Shown here piece after piece: positions 10,755 to 19,934 of a stretch of DNA of 27,087 nucleotides. Origin of the DNA: Prevotella sp. GTDB lineage: Bacteria > Bacteroidota > Bacteroidia > Bacteroidales > Dysgonomonadaceae. The stretch covers positions 1 to 27,087 of the forward strand of contig JAITVV010000028.1 of the NCBI GenBank assembly GCA_031285625.1, given 5' to 3'. A program made the position numbers and the translations under genes. The notes under the pieces were generated by a model that was not told where the DNA came from, searched no databases, and saw only the letters and a list, made by a program, of their open reading frames with translations. Position 1 is the first letter of the stretch. Every line of letters starts with the position of its first letter.

Positions 10755-11291
10755 CTAGTTTACAAAGATACTGAAGTTTACGCTTCCATATACCCTTTTA
10801 CTATCGAAGAGGGATTGGTCCGAGAAATCATAATCTTTGGAATGCTCGAGAATAAACATACCATCTTTTTTAATTAAATCTCTCTCGAAAACAAGCCGGG
10901 GAACATCTGCAAAATTTTTCAGATCATATGGCGGATCTGCAAAAATAAGATCGAATTGTTCTTTAGAATGTTCCAGATAACTAAAAACATCCATCTTAAG
11001 TAAATTCATCTCCGACTGTATTTTCAGCTCAGCCTTTGTTTTTTCTATGAATGAAGCGTGATTGAAATTCTTTTCTACACAAACAACGCGTGGACATCCT
11101 CTCGATACCAGTTCAAAACTAATACCTCCTGTACCTCCAAATAGGTCGAGAGCTGTGGTTTCCTCCCAGTCAATGGAATTATTAAGGACATTAAATAGGT
11201 TCTCTTTTGCGAAGTCTGTTGTCGGGCGGGCTTTGAAGCTTTTAGGCGGATCAAATCTACGCCCTTTATATTTTCCACTTATTATTCTCAT
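10755..11291 (-). CDS. rsmD: 16S rRNA m2G966 methyltransferase RsmD family
   Basis: MRIISGKYKGR, RPTTD, LDLFGGTG and DPPY motifs. Confidence 0.93.
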   Translation of the reverse strand: MRIISGKYKGRRFDPPKSFKARPTTDFAKENLFNVLNNSIDWEETTALDLFGGTGGISFELVSRGCPRVVCVEKNFNHASFIEKTKAELKIQSEMNLLKMDVFSYLEHSKEQFDLIFADPPYDLKNFADVPRLVFERDLIKKDGMFILEHSKDYDFSDQSLFDSKRVYGSVNFSIFVN

Positions 11292-12097
11292 AGAGCTAAT
11301 GTTAATAGGTCGAGAGGGGCTTTCCGGGCATCCTCACTCCACAGGAATATTTCACTGGGAGTATTTGATTGTTCTATATTTTTAATATACTCTTGCAGAA
11401 GAGTTACAAGTTGTCTTTCCGGCTCACCTATAATATATAGATGGTCATCCGTCTGGCTGAATCTACATTGTTCCCATATCTTAAGTATAAAGTACAACTG
11501 ATTCATCATAGGTTCATTTTCATACGTCAAGCTATGGATCAGTTTATTTCCTGCAAAACATATAACATCCAGAAAATTATCATGAAAATTAAGGTACATT
11601 CTCGAAGCATTACCTGTTAACTTTGTCTTCGTTTCAAAATAATTGATAAGCAGATTGGAATGATGAAAGAAATGCGGAGTCCATAGATTCCTTGACAAAA
11701 ATTCGAATATTTCCTTATTCAGATTAAAAAGAGTTATGATATCCTGATTCTCTAATATACCGGATATTATATGCTCTGATTTGCATGTATGTGTAAAATC
11801 ATAAAGATGTTCTTTTTCTTTAGCATCAAAATAAGTAGCAGGAACCAGATCATAGTCTTTAGAAACAATAACAACATTTGTTCGCTTAAACTCCTGAGTA
11901 AGGAAGTTAAAGTCAAAAATAATACGTTGTATATTGCTCAGCTGATTATCAGTTATAGAAAAACTGGTTTCGCGCAAACAGTAGCTTTTCCCTGATTCAG
12001 GTTCAGAAATAGAGAACATAAAGCCATCCGGTTTTATACGGATAGAAAGAACGTATTTCTCTGATTGACCAAGGTCTATATTTTCGGGTAAGAACAT
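11288..12097 (-). CDS. DUF3822 family protein
   Basis: LSIRIKPDGFMFS N-terminal pattern, ~270 aa, 4-nt overlap with rsmD, its usual Bacteroidetes neighbour. Confidence 0.8.
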   Translation of the reverse strand: MFLPENIDLGQSEKYVLSIRIKPDGFMFSISEPESGKSYCLRETSFSITDNQLSNIQRIIFDFNFLTQEFKRTNVVIVSKDYDLVPATYFDAKEKEHLYDFTHTCKSEHIISGILENQDIITLFNLNKEIFEFLSRNLWTPHFFHHSNLLINYFETKTKLTGNASRMYLNFHDNFLDVICFAGNKLIHSLTYENEPMMNQLYFILKIWEQCRFSQTDDHLYIIGEPERQLVTLLQEYIKNIEQSNTPSEIFLWSEDARKAPLDLLTLAL

Positions 12098-12100
12098 ATT

Positions 12101-12571
12101 TTATAATGTAGAATTTTCAGTTTCAGTATTTTCTATTGAACACTTTATATTCGGAAATTTAGATAGGTTCTCGTCTGAAACAAATCTCTGGTTAACATGC
12201 CCTATCATTCCGGTCATAGGACTATTAAACATCCATTGGGCAACTCCTTTATCCTTATCTTCCCAAACAATTTTAAATTCATCTATTCCCTCAATAGCAT
12301 CCACAATTCTGGTCTCAATTACGATAGTGTCACCTGCTTGATAAGAACTTATAATTTTATATTTTTCCACATCATTAGTCCTATTTATATAGAGTAAGTC
12401 ATCTCCATCTATTGCCAGTTTCTCTGCATTATCGCAAATATAGTAGGGCACTTCTATATTTAATGCTGTCCACATTACAGGTAATGTCTTATGATCAAAA
12501 GAGTGCTTTGTTTTACCACAACCACCTAAAACTATAAAGAGAATACCTAAAAAGTAGGTTGCTTTTTTCAT
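12101..12571 (-). CDS. Hypothetical lipoprotein
   Basis: Start re-called at ATG 12571 (MKKATYFLGILFIVLGG-C lipobox). Ends 3 nt before the DUF3822 start. Confidence 0.75.
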   Translation of the reverse strand: MKKATYFLGILFIVLGGCGKTKHSFDHKTLPVMWTALNIEVPYYICDNAEKLAIDGDDLLYINRTNDVEKYKIISSYQAGDTIVIETRIVDAIEGIDEFKIVWEDKDKGVAQWMFNSPMTGMIGHVNQRFVSDENLSKFPNIKCSIENTETENSTL

Positions 12572-12736
12572 TGTTCCTTTATTTCTTTGTTGTAAAGATA
12601 GCAATTTTTCTGCAATGCGGTATGCAATAAGGATTTGAACAGTCAATATTCAGCGACAGGTAATGAGATAGAAACTACCTAACCGCTTCACCCCGCTTCA
12701 TTTTTCATCATTTCAATTAACTCTTTTGTAGTGTTA

Positions 12737-12767
12737 CAAAGATAAACATTATCCTCAAATTCCCAAA
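12737..12767 (-). promoter_or_regulatory. Outward-facing consensus promoter TTTG-N19-TATCTTTG near the ICE end
   Basis: Exact Bacteroides -33/-7 consensus with a 19-nt spacer on the minus strand. Confidence 0.65.
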
Positions 12768-12839
12768 GAGACGGAATATTTTTCATTCGTATTTAGCCTA
12801 TTTTCAAATCTGTTGCTGGCGCAACCATCCATTCTCCGG

Positions 12840-13114
12840 TATCGTTTCCCTTTCCCATTCCTCATTGTCGTAGGTATCCGTCAGGTCGCTGTTTTTCGTT
12901 CGATTGGCAAAGGTATCCCAAAGAGGCGATACGTCAAATCCGGCGCCTTTCAGGTTTTGCCCGAAATCTTCCTCTTTCCCTTCGGGCGAGCGTATTTAGT
13001 GCAAAAAATTTGTCTGTATCACCCCCTCCGACCTTTTACTGCCAATACGAAACAAAAAACAGCCGACCTGACGGATGCCGCAGAAAAAAAAAGTCATGGA
13101 AAAGAGAAACGATA
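12840..13114 (-). promoter_or_regulatory. Long imperfect foldback, candidate ssDNA (Frpo-like) promoter
   Basis: Nested arms 12840-12858/13096-13114, 12873-12888/13064-13079, ATTGGCA/TGCCAAT and GCCCGAA/TTCGGGC. The left arm carries TTTG-N19-TACCTTTG on the minus strand (12938-12908). Confidence 0.6.
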
Positions 13115-13359
13115 GAACGAAACAAAGCAACCTCACTTCTGGAATTAACATAAAATTTGTATTCAGGTTGGCATGTATAGTAGTATGTGTATGGCTACTG
13201 ACAAAAGTTAGTGTTGCTGCATGGTCATTCTTGGGTATGGTGGTTATATACCTGTTTATCCGCTTACTGATCAAGTGTGTATTCAAACTGATTGGCATCC
13301 TTATCTCTGTTTTTCTTTTTCTGCTTATCGCTTCATTAATTACAGTATTCATCTTCTAA
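13096..13359 (+). CDS. Small membrane protein, hypothetical
   Basis: ATG at 13096 after an A-run (alternative start 13075); two to three hydrophobic segments. Confidence 0.55.
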   Translation: MEKRNDRTKQSNLTSGINIKFVFRLACIVVCVWLLTKVSVAAWSFLGMVVIYLFIRLLIKCVFKLIGILISVFLFLLIASLITVFIF

Positions 13360-13370
13360 CATTTACTATC

Positions 13371-13964
13371 ATGGATTACAAATCATTACCGGTATACGAA
13401 AAATTGAAAAGAATACAGGAACTTAACTTCTGTCGTGCGGAACGGCACAACGTGGCAGTATATCTAAGTGCATTAAGGCACAACGACAGGCAGGTCATAG
13501 ACGAATACGAGCGTTTCGGCGATAGCCCACGCCAGCTGCTGATGAACAAACGGGAGTACGAAAGGCATTTACTGTTCGGCTTCACCGGGATAGCGTTTAA
13601 CGAATACGGCTGGCTGGCAAATCCCGAGTTCCTGGAACGTGAGGAAATACAGTTTCCCCACAGGAACGGCTGGGCGGTATCAAACTATATCACATTGGGT
13701 ATGGGATTGAACGGCAAATGGACATACGGCATGAGGTATTCTTACAGCACAGGCGGACATGGCTACGGGCTGAATGTATGGGGAAAGCTGTTCGACAACA
13801 GAAAGGATTGCCTGAAAGCTGCTTTAGACGAAATGATGACAGGGCTTGATAAGGACAGCGCTAAGACCGATAAATACGCCATAATCGTTTTGAAGCAAGT
13901 TAAAAGCCTCTTTGATGAAATCACAGGACGCAAAGCCATCCAGTTATCACTGTCATTTTTCTGA
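13371..13964 (+). CDS. ICE hypothetical protein (197 aa)
   Basis: Start re-called at MDYKSLP (13371) so it does not overlap the upstream gene; ends KAIQLSLSFF. Confidence 0.75.
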   Translation: MDYKSLPVYEKLKRIQELNFCRAERHNVAVYLSALRHNDRQVIDEYERFGDSPRQLLMNKREYERHLLFGFTGIAFNEYGWLANPEFLEREEIQFPHRNGWAVSNYITLGMGLNGKWTYGMRYSYSTGGHGYGLNVWGKLFDNRKDCLKAALDEMMTGLDKDSAKTDKYAIIVLKQVKSLFDEITGRKAIQLSLSFF

Positions 13965-14007
13965 TATTCCTAACAGTCAGTAACAACCAATAATACAATC
14001 AACAGAT

Positions 14008-14688
14008 ATGAAACCAACTAAAATAGCCATCACATACAGGAATAAAGTCTATTTCCTTGACAGGGTAACAACAGAAAGCAAGCATTATCAGATAGGCTTT
14101 GAAGCCGGCAGGTGGAGCATCCACATCTATTTGTTGCAGAATGGTCAGGTACGGGTAATCATCAACAAGTCAGTCAAAAAGAGCGACATGCATTACAGTA
14201 CGCAATTCCATTACGACTGCTATTGTACGCTTGATGCAAACGGCTTATTTCTTAATGATATACACGACCCTGCTACCTGCAAGCGCATATGGAATCAAAC
14301 CAAATGGTTTGTTATCGAACCGATGCTAAAGGCAATATACGTCCAGCTCAAAGACGAACTCAAAGCCCTGCATCCCTTTGACCTGATACACGATATAAGG
14401 GATTTAGTGCAATTCATCTATCGTAAAATGGAAGCATACGGGGAAACAGAATACCAGATAAACAACTCATTGCGTTTCGGTATCGGGGAAAATGCCTGCA
14501 CTACGACGGAAGAAGCCTTGCAAGCCAAAGAAACAGAACCTGTTGTCTTGCTGAACCTGTACAACGGCCATCATGTGATTTCAAAAGATACGGTTGTGTT
14601 TTTTCTGTACTGGCTTTTAGACAGGGATAAGTACCTGAACATATCGGACGGGCAACGGACTAAAACAATCTGTACGAATCCTGAATAA
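14008..14688 (+). CDS. ICE hypothetical protein (226 aa)
   Basis: Long ORF with A-rich translation start context, co-oriented with neighbours; no motif recognised. Confidence 0.7.
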   Translation: MKPTKIAITYRNKVYFLDRVTTESKHYQIGFEAGRWSIHIYLLQNGQVRVIINKSVKKSDMHYSTQFHYDCYCTLDANGLFLNDIHDPATCKRIWNQTKWFVIEPMLKAIYVQLKDELKALHPFDLIHDIRDLVQFIYRKMEAYGETEYQINNSLRFGIGENACTTTEEALQAKETEPVVLLNLYNGHHVISKDTVVFFLYWLLDRDKYLNISDGQRTKTICTNPE

Positions 14689-14720
14689 CGAATATAGCGA
14701 ATATAGTGAATATAACGAAT
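14683..14720. repeat. Degenerate 9-bp tandem repeat GAATATARY
   Basis: GAATAAC-GAATATAGC-GAATATAGT-GAATATAAC-GAAT. Confidence 0.75.
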
Positions 14721-14761
14721 TATTAATCAGGGCGGAGAAGTCCGCCCGCAACACTAAAGCG

Positions 14762-14995
14762 ATGAAACTGAAAATAAATCAAACAGATAAGACCTGCACT
14801 ATCAGCGGGCTGACTCCTACTGAAGCCGATGTGATACTGGCAATCGTGGATACAGCCAACAGGCGGTGCTTCCGAGAACAGGAAGAAAGCGGGGAATGGT
14901 ACAGCAACGATGATTTTATACTGCGCCTGACCGATGAACAGCGTAAAGCATTAGCAAAGGTCGGCGAAGAAATACAGCAAATCTATAACAGCTAA
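14762..14995 (+). CDS. ICE hypothetical protein (77 aa)
   Basis: ORF in operon position with a plausible start. Confidence 0.65.
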   Translation: MKLKINQTDKTCTISGLTPTEADVILAIVDTANRRCFREQEESGEWYSNDDFILRLTDEQRKALAKVGEEIQQIYNS

Positions 14996-15019
14996 CTAAA
15001 CAGAATAACACTTAATATT

Positions 15020-15697
15020 ATGGCACAGGAGAGGATAGACAATTTTATGCAATATGCAAAAGACATAGCCAAAGCCGAAAAGGATTTGAAAATAGAGCAC
15101 TGGGTGTATATTACTTTTGAGATAAGGGACGGGAATGGGAATCGAAACCGTGAAGTACTGTACGAAATAGACCTTCCCCGTAAGATGTTAGACCGTTGGC
15201 GGTGGGTTATCGAGTGGCGCAGGGCAAAGCTGGTATGCAAATACCCACGAAAGAAGATAGAAATATACCATTGCTATTATGACAAGCAGACAGGCTTGCA
15301 GACAGGGTTCAATTTTCTGTTGACAAAAGTAGCTTCTGCCAAAGCGCAGATAACAAGGGTAGAACGGATAATTACCCAATATATAAAGGATGAAACACAA
15401 AACAATTTATTTTTCAATCCTGATACGGATGAGCAGTTATTCAAAGCCAATGCGAAGCTGGAACAGAAGAAGATAAACTATAACGAAGCATACGCCATTT
15501 TACAGGCAGAAGTAGAAAATCATAAACAGAATAAGGATATGTATAAATTATTCGCAGGATTCAGGAAACTGGGTGAGTTCAAAACCATACCGGAAGCCAA
15601 ACGCTTTGCCGACAATAGCGGAGAGGTCGGGGTATTCAACCTGATTGGCGATAAGTATCGGGACAGCTGGTATGTCCCCATGTATATCAATGATTAA
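15020..15697 (+). CDS. Conserved Bacteroidales conjugative-transposon hypothetical protein
   Basis: Patterns AKD.AKAE..LKIE.WV, W.WVI.WR.AKL.C.YP and SAKAQIT..E...QNNLFF..TDE.L resemble a family I recall from CTn termini; function unknown. Confidence 0.8.
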   Translation: MAQERIDNFMQYAKDIAKAEKDLKIEHWVYITFEIRDGNGNRNREVLYEIDLPRKMLDRWRWVIEWRRAKLVCKYPRKKIEIYHCYYDKQTGLQTGFNFLLTKVASAKAQITRVERIITQYIKDETQNNLFFNPDTDEQLFKANAKLEQKKINYNEAYAILQAEVENHKQNKDMYKLFAGFRKLGEFKTIPEAKRFADNSGEVGVFNLIGDKYRDSWYVPMYIND

Positions 15698-15705
15698 TTA
15701 ATATG

Positions 15706-15738
15706 AGTCGGGCGGAACAATCTTCCCGGCTTCTTTTT
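15706..15738 (+). terminator. Probable intrinsic terminator
   Basis: AGTCGGG...CCCGGCT stem followed by TCTTTTT, just after the 15697 stop. Confidence 0.5.
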
Positions 15739-15947
15739 ACAGTGAACCTGAGCGGTCGAAAAAGAGGAGCAAAAAACCGATGCACAAATTCCACCTACTT
15801 TGTTAAACAAAAATATATTTCTGTTTAACAGAGAGGGTGCTTCCGATGCAGCACAAATTCGAGACTGCTTTTAAGGTATTTTGGATAGGATTTTCCCTGT
15901 CCTTTTTTTATGTCTATCTTTACGGCGGATTTAGCCCCTAAAAAATT

Positions 15948-16355
15948 ATGGCAGAAGTATTTTATGATATGTCACATCTGACGACAAATGAACTTCGGGA
16001 GTTGTTTATCTCCTACCGAAAGCTGGGATGGATAGACTATGAATATGACGTATTGGACGAGGACAATCCTCCAGTACAACCTCTTTCGGATGCCGAAATT
16101 ATTCTGAATATCCAAGCTGGGGACGAAAAGAACTACTTTGTTTTCATGCTCGACCACGAGGATGAGAAAGACGGCGTGATGATTGGCTTCGGGTTAAACT
16201 ACCATGAGGATTTCTCGGCATATCTGCATTTGCCCCCCAACTACCTGAAAGAACTTATCGAAAAATATGCACTGGTAAGCAAGGCGACGAATGTTGAGAA
16301 TATGACGGTTGAGCAGTATTTGATAGGGTTGGCGAAAAGTGGGGCGATGAATTAA
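15948..16355 (+). CDS. Acidic hypothetical protein (135 aa)
   Basis: AAAAAATT-ATG start context; strongly acidic; no family recognised. Confidence 0.7.
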   Translation: MAEVFYDMSHLTTNELRELFISYRKLGWIDYEYDVLDEDNPPVQPLSDAEIILNIQAGDEKNYFVFMLDHEDEKDGVMIGFGLNYHEDFSAYLHLPPNYLKELIEKYALVSKATNVENMTVEQYLIGLAKSGAMN

Positions 16356-16419
16356 TCGGTGGGGAGAAAGAGTGACAGAAAACCTTAACGAAGATATATA
16401 GTTATATCCTCCATATAAT

Positions 16420-18161
16420 CTATACAAATTCTATTCCGGGTAATCTCATAAAGCAACTGTAATTTTTTTCGTATGTACCATTTCTTGTAAGTTGGGTATT
16501 ACTCGCGGTAAAATAAACCTGCTTTTTGGCTCTGGTTACAGCAACATAAAATACACTTAATTCTTCTAAAAATGCTTTTTCTATTTCACTACTAATCACA
16601 AAAATACAATCTGTGCCACACTTACATTTACTGCATAACCCAAACCAATTAGGAAATGAATCTTTTTCCATATCTGGTAATATCACATAATCCCATTCCA
16701 AACCTTTAGCCGCATGAACTGTAGATATTATAATTTGAATATCTAAAAACTCCATATACTGTTTTATGCCATTATGCTCAAAAGTATCCTTTATTAAGTT
16801 GATTTTGTCTTCGTTAGGAAGGAATGAATAATCAGCAACAGTGCTTTTATAACAGGAGAATCTTTATCTACATATATCTCTTTAATTTTATCTATATGCT
16901 TTCGACTTAATTTCTTCGTAATCTTTGTACTTATTTTGAGGAATTCAATAAATTCATAAAGACATTTCCTATTGAATTGCAAATACTCTGCATCATCATC
17001 AGTGAATAAGCCATAAAAGAAAGAAATTTTATTGTGGTCAAATGTTTTAATAATATGTTCGATATTTGGCCCTCTTTGTTTTGCTAATATTGCAACTTTA
17101 GAAGTTGGATGCAGACCCTGTATCTCTTGTGATTTTATTACCACCTCTAAAGCTTCCTTTACCTGATCCTCATAGATGTTAAATTCTATTTTTGAACTTA
17201 AAGCATTGGGGTTCTCGAATGGAGTAATTGCATTTTGCCTAATTATTTTATCCAATTGGAGCATATTTTCATTTGATGCAAATCTATAGTTTCTATCTAA
17301 TGAAATAAGTTTAAGTTTAAAATGGCTTTGGGCTCTACTTAATAAATTTGGCACTGCACCTATGAAACCATAAATTCTTTGTAAGGAGTCCCCTAAAAAA
17401 AGTACATTTGATTTATCCGAAATTAAATAGTTCAGAAGCCAATAACTTAACAAATTTGTATCTTGAAACTCATCAACAAGTATAGTTGTGTAATAATTTT
17501 GGTAAAATGATAAGACACTTGGATGCTCTTGAAATAATTTAATGGTTAATGTTATAATTGCATTAAAAGGTATAGCTTCTTTTTGCAATATCTCAGCAAT
17601 TACTACGGAGTTATATCCATTAATATTTTCCCTTAAATAAGTTCCTTTTATTTCTCTTACTGCAGAATTATAATTAGATAAAACATCAGCATCATTTATT
17701 GAAATGTTTTTAAATGACCGCATGATATTATCACTTCTGCTATCATCTATCGGTTGTAATGTGTCTAATTTAGATAAAGCTGGGTGTAATATGTGTCCGT
17801 ATTTTTTCAATACACTTCGGCAAAATCCATGATAATTAGATATATATGTTTTTTCTTTAATGTTTATTTGTTTGTCAAGCCCATCTAACAATTCTGGGAT
17901 ATTCTTACTTACATCTTTCTTTATCTTATAAGCAGCATTGACACTAAAAGTGAGTGCTAATAATCTTTTGGGTACAGGGATTTGCCCTATTGCAATCAAG
18001 TATGCAATCCTGCTTACCATTGTGTGAGTTTTACCATATCCTGCCGGAGCTTCAACTAAGAGACGTTTGTCAGGGGAGAAAATCACTTCTAATTGCTTAC
18101 TATCTCCTTGATGCTTTTCCTCTATTCGGGATTTAATAACAGATATTTCTTCGGGACTCAT
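16420..18161 (-). pseudogene. gajB: UvrD/Rep-family helicase (Gabija GajB-like), split by a frameshift
   Basis: 5' ORF (18161-16794) has APAGYGKT, VDEFQD, GDSLQRIYGF and NYRF. 3' ORF has STVHAAKGLEWD and YVAVTRAK. The -1 frame near 16840 reads continuously (ADYSFLPNEDKINLIKDTFEHNGIKQYMEF). ATGA overlap with the upstream nuclease. Confidence 0.75.
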
Positions 18162-19882
18162 GAGCACAAACCTTTAGCATGTTCAATTAAGGAAATATAG
18201 ATTTGTGGAATATCTTCTTTTTCAAGTTTCATTCCTATTAAAAGACCTAAGGGCTGCGATTTATTTATAGAAAACCATGTCGAATAAAAAGCCTTTAAGT
18301 TCACAATATCTGTATCATCTATTTCGGAAAGTTTTAAATTTGTTGATGTTGGAGCAGGTAAATAATTGTATTTTTTGTGTGCTCTTTTATTCAATGCAGC
18401 AGCTTCCATCACTCTATTCTCTCCTTCAGAATCAAATTCAATAACAATATCATACAAGACGCTCCCTTTCCCTGAATCAACTAAAGCCATTAATTCTGCT
18501 TCAAAATCACGTTCTGTGGTTTTCCATAAATTAGGGATTCCTGTTGAGGTTGGATCTCCGTCGCTATCTTTGATTCCAACGCAAGGTATTCCAAATTTTT
18601 CAGCCAATTGAATCAACTGTAAAACAGAATCTCCACCTGCTTGAATAACGCAAATCCCATATTCATCGATGTCTATGTCGCATTTTTGAGCAAAAAAGGG
18701 AAAACTGCCATACTCTGAATCACCTTCAACAAAAATTGCACATCTGGCAAAAAAAGCTTCTTTAATAAAAGGGAAATGTAACAGTAAATGCTTTTCAAGC
18801 TGTTCCCCTAACGTCAAATTTATCCCGGATACAATTTTAGTATCGTTATTATCTTTATAAAGTCGTATTATTTGTCTAAAATCATTCAATATAATACTCG
18901 GAGAATGTGTTGCAACAATAATTTGCCCATCAAACTTATCAATATCAAATAGCTCTTTTATCAATATGCTTAAATCCGAATCTTGATTATTAATAACTTT
19001 ATTTAAATATTTTATTAACGAGCGTTGCATATAAGGATGTAAGTGGATTTCAGGCTCATCAAGACCTAAAACTACAGATATAGATTTACGTCCTGTTTCT
19101 TCATTCACAAAAACACCTGTTTCTTTTCTTTGATCTGAAATTGTTTGAAGTTTATCTAATATAGAAAGTGTGACTAATAATAGAAATTGGATTCCATATC
19201 CACATTTTGAAAGAGGTGCACCTTTATTATCTTGTAATGAAAATAATTTGGGGATTAGTTGTAGAACATCCCCCTCTAAAACGGCGGATATTCCATTGTC
19301 TTTAAAGGACTTTATCCTTCCAAGTTTAGCATTTACATCTGCCAATAGACTTCCTGTAAATTCAGCAGCAATTAAATTTTCCGATACAATATCTTCTTCA
19401 TTTGCCAAATAATCTTTTATCATTCTGGATAAGAAACGACCAACGCCACGGCTACTATCAAAGTTAATTTCGGATATAGGATTCCTTAAAGAATCATAAT
19501 AGATGAAATTTAAACATTTTATAAGTGAAAGAGAAATATAGGTTTCTGTTTCTAAATGGTAAAACTCCATATTTTCATCCGGAGCCACTTGCCTACATAC
19601 AATGTTTATATATGTATAATCGTCCAAATCAAATAAATCTTCGAAATGCCCAATCTCGTCAATGGCAAGTTTTATTCGGACATTAACAGTTATGGGTAAT
19701 GTGGCGTCATTAAAATCATCATAAGCGAAACCTCTTCGGGCAAAAACAATATTCAATAGATTTAGAATATTTGATTTCCCTAAATTATTTTCTCCTACAA
19801 TAAAATTACATGATTCCTCAAATGCAATCGTTGCAGTACTCAAATTCCTGTAATTTTCAACAGAAAGTTCTTTTATCCTCAT
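18158..19882 (-). CDS. gajA: OLD-family ATP-dependent nuclease (ABC ATPase + TOPRIM), Gabija GajA-like
   Basis: Walker A GENNLGKS, Walker B/D-loop LDEPEIHLHP, H-loop ATHS, TOPRIM VEGDSE and DSD. Coupled to a UvrD helicase. Start re-called at MRIKEL. Confidence 0.8.
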   Translation of the reverse strand: MRIKELSVENYRNLSTATIAFEESCNFIVGENNLGKSNILNLLNIVFARRGFAYDDFNDATLPITVNVRIKLAIDEIGHFEDLFDLDDYTYINIVCRQVAPDENMEFYHLETETYISLSLIKCLNFIYYDSLRNPISEINFDSSRGVGRFLSRMIKDYLANEEDIVSENLIAAEFTGSLLADVNAKLGRIKSFKDNGISAVLEGDVLQLIPKLFSLQDNKGAPLSKCGYGIQFLLLVTLSILDKLQTISDQRKETGVFVNEETGRKSISVVLGLDEPEIHLHPYMQRSLIKYLNKVINNQDSDLSILIKELFDIDKFDGQIIVATHSPSIILNDFRQIIRLYKDNNDTKIVSGINLTLGEQLEKHLLLHFPFIKEAFFARCAIFVEGDSEYGSFPFFAQKCDIDIDEYGICVIQAGGDSVLQLIQLAEKFGIPCVGIKDSDGDPTSTGIPNLWKTTERDFEAELMALVDSGKGSVLYDIVIEFDSEGENRVMEAAALNKRAHKKYNYLPAPTSTNLKLSEIDDTDIVNLKAFYSTWFSINKSQPLGLLIGMKLEKEDIPQIYISLIEHAKGLCS

Positions 19883-19904
19883 GACGCTTAATTTAAAATC
19901 GTCA

Positions 19905-19934
19905 CAAAAATACGCATATAAAAACACCTGACAA
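19905..19934 (-). promoter_or_regulatory. Promoter of the gajAB cassette (TTG-N19-TATTTTTG)
   Basis: TAnnTTTG match 22 nt upstream of ATG 19882, with TTG at a 19-nt spacing. Confidence 0.55.

Noticed and set aside
12572-12646. N-terminal extension of the lipoprotein ORF
   Set aside because: The signal peptide begins at ATG 12571; the extension runs through promoter/junction DNA.
12813-13115. 100-aa ORF across the foldback
   Set aside because: Non-ATG start, coincides with the inverted-repeat structure, and shows no protein-like features.
14683-14720. CRISPR array
   Set aside because: 9-nt units without spacers; no repeat-spacer array or cas gene seen in the window.
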